NCBI GenBank assembly: GCA_964384105.1
Contig: CAYLJV010000003.1
Span: 64,001 to 128,000 of the forward strand
Length of the DNA: 64,000 nt
Source: Candidatus Hadarchaeota archaeon
Lineage (GTDB): Archaea; Hadarchaeota; Hadarchaeia; Hadarchaeales; JAGGTB01
Direction: 5' to 3'
The position numbers and the translations under genes are program-made. Numbering within the stretch: the stretch's first letter is position 1; the number at the start of each line of letters is the position of its first letter. The notes below the pieces were generated by a model that had not been told where the DNA came from, searched no databases, and worked only from the letters and a program-made list of their open reading frames with translations. Positions 58,410 through 64,000 of the stretch are shown here, one piece after another.

Positions 58410-59438
58410 TCAGAGAATTTCAATTCCAACTTTATCATATATCTTCTTCAAGTGCTTTGGTGTTTGTCCATTGTAGTTTCTCAAGTCAATACTTCCGAAG
58501 TGCCCAAGTAACATTTCCTTAATGTCAGTTGATCCGCCTTTCCTATCCCATTCTTGTGAGAAGAACTTCCTGCAGTGCTTCAGTTTTAGGTCTGGTTTTT
58601 CATCCATCTTGTTTGTAATGAGATAGATAGCCTTGTGAATGAATGGTCTTTCAGGAAACATTCCCTTCAACTTCTTCAGTCTCTTCTGTGCCTTTTTGTT
58701 GAAAACTACAATTCTTTCTCCTTTGGTCTTGGTCTCCTCCGCTGGAAGATTGATAATCCTATCATCGAGATTAATATCCTCCCAGTCTAACCTGTAAACC
58801 TCCCAGGGCCTCATCCCAGTAACAGCAGAAAGGTGAACTGCAGTCTGTGCTCTGTAAACGTATTTGTGTTCAGTGCCCTCGTGATCTAATTCATCCATAA
58901 GATTGAGAATATCTTCCTTCTCCACTATCTTAGGCCTGTGTTTACTCAAATTGGGTTTCTTGATCTTCTCAATCCAGTAAACGTTCATCTCCTTGAAGAA
59001 CTGCTTGATTGCTTGAATGTCATCGGAGAGAGTTCTGTTAGAAACCTCATCTCTTCTCTCGTTAAGATAATCAGTCACATCATTGAGACTGCAGGACCAA
59101 TTCACGTGTTCTCCCAGTTTTTCTAATTTTCCCTTAACTGCATTTATTCTTAGAGAACTTCTACCAGCCGCTTTTAGTCTGTTACAAAACTCTTCTATAT
59201 CTTTCTTCGAAAATGAGACCTTGTGATTATTGCCTTTGTTTCCATTACCATTCGGATAACTTCCATTTTGTGGTTTGAAGTTGTGATTGTTTGCTACATT
59301 GGAGTCTATTTCCTCTAGAGTTATGATTCTTCTCTCCAGAGCTAATTCACAGGACTTAGATACATTAAGCCCCTCTTCCTCGGCCCTCTCAACTAAACTT
59401 TTGGATATTTGAACTGTAATTTTATCTTCTATATTCAT
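58410..59438 (-). CDS. tyrosine recombinase/integrase with N-terminal CcdA-like RHH domain
   Basis: TGMRPWE (R), TKTK (K), KHCR (KxxR variant), LLGH, RNY (Tyr); likely start MNIEDK. Confidence 0.92.
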   Translation of the reverse strand: MNIEDKITVQISKSLVERAEEEGLNVSKSCELALERRIITLEEIDSNVANNHNFKPQNGSYPNGNGNKGNNHKVSFSKKDIEEFCNRLKAAGRSSLRINAVKGKLEKLGEHVNWSCSLNDVTDYLNERRDEVSNRTLSDDIQAIKQFFKEMNVYWIEKIKKPNLSKHRPKIVEKEDILNLMDELDHEGTEHKYVYRAQTAVHLSAVTGMRPWEVYRLDWEDINLDDRIINLPAEETKTKGERIVVFNKKAQKRLKKLKGMFPERPFIHKAIYLITNKMDEKPDLKLKHCRKFFSQEWDRKGGSTDIKEMLLGHFGSIDLRNYNGQTPKHLKKIYDKVGIEIL

Positions 59439-59440
59439 TT

Positions 59441-59495
59441 GATTCAGGGTGCAGTACACTCTAACTCGTACATAAAGGTCGCTCTGAGGAGGATC
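59441..59495. repeat. 55-bp conserved block, copy 2, in the divergent integrase/kinase promoter region
   Basis: 51/55 identical to 44004-44058. Confidence 0.9.
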
Positions 59496-59570
59496 AAGTT
59501 TAAAAAAGGAGTTTAAAAGTGAAATCACGTGTTTTTTTAGCTTATTACTTATATAACATTAACAATAGAT

Positions 59571-62500
59571 ATGAAAGTTCTTCTCGTTGATGATGAGCCT
59601 GATATTTTAGAACAGGCTAAAATCTTTCTCGAAAAAGAGGAGGAAAGGTTGAGTGTTGAAACTGTTGCTTCAGCTAGGGAAGCTCTGAATTTATTGGAGA
59701 AAAACGAATATGATGGTATAGTATCGGATTACCAGATGCCTGAGATGGATGGGCTTAGCGTTTTAAAAATTTTAAGAAAGGAAAGGCAAAATGGCATTCC
59801 ATTCATAGTGTTCACCGGTAAAGGTCGTGAGGATGTGGCTATGAAGGCCTTGAATCTTGGGGCCGATCGTTACTTGCAGAAGGGCGGTGATCCTAGGTCT
59901 CAGTATGGTGTATTGGCACAAGCTATAGTCCAAGAGATCGAGCATTGGAAGCATAAAAGGGAATTAAGGAGTATTGGTTGGCTTCTCACAAAGGGGGTAG
60001 AAGAAACAACTTACGAACCACCTTATGACGATCTAACAGAGCTGAATACTGAAAGAACGATATTGGACTCCATAGGAAAAGACCTGCTTCAAGATATTGT
60101 GGATCATTTTATGAGCTTACTTGACACTTCAAGTGCAGTCTACGAGAAAAATGGTGATTATGCATTAGGAATCTTCGCTTCCAAATGGTGTAAATTCATG
60201 GATAAAAAATCCAGAGATCTCTGCAACAAAGATGATAATCAAGAAGCATTAGATTGTGGAAAATGGATCTGTCACGAATCCTGTTGGAATGCTGCAAAAA
60301 TCTCAATGGAAAAGGGTAAACCTGTCGACGTTGAATGCAGCGGAGGAATAAACCTGTACGCAGTTCCAATCCGAGCGGATGGAGAAATTATTGGCTCCAT
60401 AAATTTCGGTTATGGAGAACCGCCAAAAGATCCAGACAAGTTAGAAGAGCTCTCAGAAAAATACCAGGTAAGTATTGAGGAACTCCGTAAAAATGCGAGT
60501 TCATACGAACCTCGTCCTCATTTCATTATTGAAGTTGCCAAGAACAGGTTACGAACTTCAGCCAGACTGATAGGGGAAATCGTGAGAAGAAAAAGGTCTG
60601 AAAGAGAATTAGCAAAGGAAAGAGATAGAGTTCAAAAGTATCTGGAAACCGCTGAAGTAATGATAGTAGCGATAGGCAAGGACCACAAAGTTATGGAGAT
60701 AAACAGAAGAGGTTGTGAAATACTCGGTTATGATAAGAAAGAAATTATTGGAAAAGACTGGTTCGAGAATTTCATTCCTGAAAGAACGAGAAAAAGCTTG
60801 CTTAAGGAGATTCTAGAGCCGTTGATGGAAGGAAATATTGACAAAGCCCAAAGGCATGAAAATCCTGTACTGACCAAAGACGAAGAAGAGAGAATTTTGT
60901 CCTGGAGAAATACCGTGCTAACTGACGATACTGGAGAAATCATCGGAACTCTAAGCTCAGGAATGGACATTACCGAACAAAAAGAAATGGAGAACGAGCT
61001 GCGTGAGAGTGAGGAGAAGTACAGGCGACTTTTCGAGACCGCTCAAGATGGAATGCTTATACTGAACGCCGACTCCGGAGAGATAATGGATGCTAATCCT
61101 TACATTCAAGAACTTTTGAGTTATTCGAAGGAGGAGCTTGTGGGAAAGGAGCTCTGGCAGATAGGAACCTTTAGGGATATTGTTGAGAACAAGGAGAAGT
61201 TTGAGGAGTTGGTGGATGAGGATTATATTCGTTACGAAGATATGCCTCTGGAAACGAAAGGCGAAGAGGAGGCTTCGGTCGAGTTCGTCAGCAATACGTA
61301 CGAGGCCGGTGGAGAAAAAGTAGTGCAGTGTAACATCAGAGATATTACGGAGAGAAAGAAGGCTGAAGAGGAGTACAGGAATCTTTTCGAAACTATGGCT
61401 CAGGGCGTGGTTTATCAGGATTCTGAAGGAAACATTATTTCGGCCAACCCTGCTGCTGAAAGGATGTTGGGGTTGACGGTTGATCAGATGAAGGGGCGGA
61501 CTTCTAGACATCCTGAGTGGAAGGCAATTAGGGAGGATGGGAGTCCTTTTCCTGGAGAGGAACATCCTGCCATGGTTGCTCTACGAACGGGAGAGGAAGT
61601 GAGAGATGTCGTTATGGGTGTTTACCATCCTGAAAAAGAAGACCATGTCTGGATCAATATAAATGCATTACCTCGGTTTCGGGAAGGTGAGGAAGAACCA
61701 TACCAGGTGTATACTACGTTCGAGGACATCACTGAGCGGAAGAGAGCGGAGGATAAACTCCGTGAGAGAGTCAAAGAATTAAGCCTGTTTTACAATTTTT
61801 CGAAGCTTGTTGAAGAGTTGGGGAATTCTCTGGAGAATATACTTCGGGGATTAGTGGATTTGATTTCTCCTGCGTTGCAGTATCCAGAGATAACCTGTGC
61901 CAGATTAGTTTTGGATGATGAGGAGTTTAAAACAGACAATTATGAGGAATCCAAGTGGAAACTGAAAAGCAATATTCTTGTGGAAGAGGAGAACAGGGGT
62001 TTTCTCGAGGTTGATTATTTAGAAGAAAAACCTGAACTGGACATAGGTTCTTTCCTAGAAGAAGAAAGAGATCTCTTAGAGGCTATCACAGAACGATTGG
62101 GCAAGATAATAGGCCGACTTGAATTAGAAGAAAAAGTCCGAGAGAGTGAGGAAAAATTCAGGAGTTTGTTCGAGTCTTCCCAGGACGCGGTTATGGTTCT
62201 TAAACCGCCCAAATGGGAGTTTACCTCTGCCAACCCGGCTACCGTGGAAATGTTTAGGGTGGAGGACGAGTCCGATTTTTGCTCGAGACCGCCAAGGGCG
62301 TATGCCCCTGAAAAACAACCGGACGGTCAGTCGTCCAAGGTAAAAGCGAAAAAGATGATCGACAAAGCGATGAGCGAAGGTGAGGTTTTCTTTGAATGGA
62401 CACATAAACGGTTAGATGGTGGGGAATTCCCTGCCACGGTTTTACTAAGTCGAGTGGAGGTCGGAGAGGAGAGTTTTTTGCAAGCTACAGTGCGAGACAT

Positions 62501-63521
62501 CACCGAACGAAAGGAAGCTGAGGAGAGACTTAAGGAAAGTGAGGAAAAGTTTCGAAGTTATGTGGAAAATGCGCCGAATGGAGTATTTGTCGTTGATAAG
62601 GATGGAAACTACCTTGAAGTTAACAAAACTGCTTGTGAGGTGACAGGATATTCTGAAGAAGAACTGCTAGAAATGAATATATCAGATCTAGTTACCTCTG
62701 AAGCTCGCGACAAAGCTATAGAAACTTTTGAAGAGCTTCTTGAAACAGGAAAAATGAGAACGGAACTCCCCTACCTCAGGAAAGATGAAGGCAAAGGATA
62801 CTGGAGTATAAATGCTGTAAAGATCTCGGATGATCGCTATCTTGGTTTTGTCGAGGATATCACGGAGCGAAAAGAAGCGGGGGAGAGGGAGAAGTTCCTC
62901 CACTCACTGTTGAGGCATGACGTTCGAAACAAGGCTCAGATCGTGCAGGGATATCACGAACTGTTGTTGGACTGTGATATGCCCGAAGAGGCGGAGGACT
63001 ACGTGGAGAAGGCTAGTAAGGCAGTTCGGGACAGCATAGATCTGATCGAAAAGGTTAGGACGTTGAGGGAAGTTGGTGAAAAGGAAGAGTTGGGGGAGGT
63101 TAGCATTGGATCGATCCTGGATAAAGTGATTAGTGAAAGTGAGTCTCAAGCTGATGAAAAAGGAATAAAAATAGAATCGGGGAGTTTGGACTGCAAAGTT
63201 CAGGGTGGGCCCCTCTTGGAGGAACTTTTCTCAAACCTTGTGGAAAATTCAATAGAACATGCCGGTTGTAGAAAAATCCTGATTTTGGGAGAAGAGACCA
63301 ATGAGAAGTTTATAGTAACAGTTGAGGACGACGGTAAGGGAATTCCGGAGAATAAAAGAGACAGAATATTCGAAAAAGGTTACAAAGCAGGGGAAACCAG
63401 CGGGTCCGGTTTGGGGCTCTATCTGGTCAAGGAAATAGCTGAGAGTTACGGTGGCTCAGTTGAAGTCAAGGACTCCGAATTAGGTGGAGTAAGATTTGAT
63501 GTCAGTCTCGAAAAAGCTTAG
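59571..63521 (+). CDS. hybrid sensor kinase: REC-PocR-multiple PAS/GAF-like-HisKA-HATPase
   Basis: REC; Cys-rich PocR-like WCKF...C...CSGGINLYAVPI; five PAS; RHDVRN; GSGLGL. Confidence 0.92.
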   Translation: MKVLLVDDEPDILEQAKIFLEKEEERLSVETVASAREALNLLEKNEYDGIVSDYQMPEMDGLSVLKILRKERQNGIPFIVFTGKGREDVAMKALNLGADRYLQKGGDPRSQYGVLAQAIVQEIEHWKHKRELRSIGWLLTKGVEETTYEPPYDDLTELNTERTILDSIGKDLLQDIVDHFMSLLDTSSAVYEKNGDYALGIFASKWCKFMDKKSRDLCNKDDNQEALDCGKWICHESCWNAAKISMEKGKPVDVECSGGINLYAVPIRADGEIIGSINFGYGEPPKDPDKLEELSEKYQVSIEELRKNASSYEPRPHFIIEVAKNRLRTSARLIGEIVRRKRSERELAKERDRVQKYLETAEVMIVAIGKDHKVMEINRRGCEILGYDKKEIIGKDWFENFIPERTRKSLLKEILEPLMEGNIDKAQRHENPVLTKDEEERILSWRNTVLTDDTGEIIGTLSSGMDITEQKEMENELRESEEKYRRLFETAQDGMLILNADSGEIMDANPYIQELLSYSKEELVGKELWQIGTFRDIVENKEKFEELVDEDYIRYEDMPLETKGEEEASVEFVSNTYEAGGEKVVQCNIRDITERKKAEEEYRNLFETMAQGVVYQDSEGNIISANPAAERMLGLTVDQMKGRTSRHPEWKAIREDGSPFPGEEHPAMVALRTGEEVRDVVMGVYHPEKEDHVWININALPRFREGEEEPYQVYTTFEDITERKRAEDKLRERVKELSLFYNFSKLVEELGNSLENILRGLVDLISPALQYPEITCARLVLDDEEFKTDNYEESKWKLKSNILVEEENRGFLEVDYLEEKPELDIGSFLEEERDLLEAITERLGKIIGRLELEEKVRESEEKFRSLFESSQDAVMVLKPPKWEFTSANPATVEMFRVEDESDFCSRPPRAYAPEKQPDGQSSKVKAKKMIDKAMSEGEVFFEWTHKRLDGGEFPATVLLSRVEVGEESFLQATVRDITERKEAEERLKESEEKFRSYVENAPNGVFVVDKDGNYLEVNKTACEVTGYSEEELLEMNISDLVTSEARDKAIETFEELLETGKMRTELPYLRKDEGKGYWSINAVKISDDRYLGFVEDITERKEAGEREKFLHSLLRHDVRNKAQIVQGYHELLLDCDMPEEAEDYVEKASKAVRDSIDLIEKVRTLREVGEKEELGEVSIGSILDKVISESESQADEKGIKIESGSLDCKVQGGPLLEELFSNLVENSIEHAGCRKILILGEETNEKFIVTVEDDGKGIPENKRDRIFEKGYKAGETSGSGLGLYLVKEIAESYGGSVEVKDSELGGVRFDVSLEKA

Positions 63522-63526
63522 GATAG

Positions 63527-63955
63527 ATGAGTGATAAGATGGAGAAATTCAAAAAAAGGGAATTTAGACAATACCGTGAATTGATAGACGGTATGAACGA
63601 CGCCGTATTTATCCACGATCTAAATTGTAATTTCCTTTCAGTGAACCAAGTGGCTGTCGACCGGCTTGGCTACTCGGAAGAAGAACTACTTTCCATGGGG
63701 TTAGATGATATAGATGGTTCGAAAGAAGGAAAAAAGGTCAAAGATAGAATCCAAGAAATAGAAAAAAAAGAAACGATAGTTTTTGAATCCATTCATGTTA
63801 CGAAAAGTGGGGAAAAAATCCCCGTAGAGATAAGTTCAAGTCCGATAAATTATCGAGGCGAACCGGCAGTCTTCAGCGTGGTTAAAGATATTAAGGAAAG
63901 GAAAAGAGTGGAGGAGGCCTTGCGCGATATTACTTCTGCCATGGTTTCCCAAATA
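63527..63955 (+). pseudogene. PAS-domain sensor gene truncated at attR (frame stays open to window end)
   Basis: MSDK...YRELIDGMNDAVFIHD...KDIKERKRVEEALRDITSAMVSQIG, then tRNA-derived sequence. Confidence 0.7.
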
Positions 63956-63985
63956 GGTTCCGGGGTTCGAATCCCCGCCCCCGCA
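63956..63985 (+). repeat. attR: duplicated 3' 30 bp of tRNA-Leu(GAG)
   Basis: Exact match to 47938-47967. Confidence 0.95.
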
Positions 63986-64000
63986 TCACAACCCCAATTA

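Larger units (their letters stand above)
47938..63985. mobile_element. integrated element at the tRNA-Leu 3' end (attL 47938-47967, attR 63956-63985)
   Basis: Perfect 30-bp direct repeat GGTTCCGGGGTTCGAATCCCCGCCCCCGCA; internal tyrosine integrase; gene fragments and low coding density. Confidence 0.88.

Noticed and set aside
44283-59830. Diversity-generating retroelement TR/VR pair
   Set aside because: No reverse transcriptase in the window, mismatches are not confined to adenines, and both copies lie within REC domains
698-63149. Numerous antisense or nested ORFs in the track (e.g. 698..1120, 24369..24776, 46091..46534, 60957..61565)
   Set aside because: They are shadow frames of well-supported genes

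Overview
Archaeal chromosome segment. The gene content and the many REC-PAS-HK hybrid kinases and TFB paralogs suggest an MSBL1/Hadarchaeota-like euryarchaeote; this taxonomy is inference only. Core blocks: the end of the spc ribosomal operon (rps5, rpl30, rpl15, secY, two extended DUF106/EMC3-like paralogs, cmk, cbf5), tRNA-Ser(GGA), rps13-rps4-rps11-rpoD and tRNA-Leu(GAG). Accessory genes lie between them: three TasA/SipW-class secreted proteins, CDC48, TFB, FBP aldolase/phosphatase, CorA, tupABC with ModE and two candidate ModE boxes, four hybrid sensor kinases and several unannotated Zn-finger micro-ORFs. The right 16 kb (47938-63985) is an integrated element bounded by a perfect 30-bp duplication of the tRNA-Leu 3' end. 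It carries an RHH-fused tyrosine integrase and a transcription-related cargo: TBP, two TFBs, two 37-aa TraR/DksA-like C4 Zn-finger micro-proteins and a wHTH regulator. It also holds two copies of an unexplained ~200-nt GC-rich structured RNA candidate with conserved BRE/TATA promoters, a third structured RNA candidate, and two families of short dispersed repeats. This island and its RNAs are the best candidate for an undescribed system. All calls come from reading the sequence by eye; no database searches were run.
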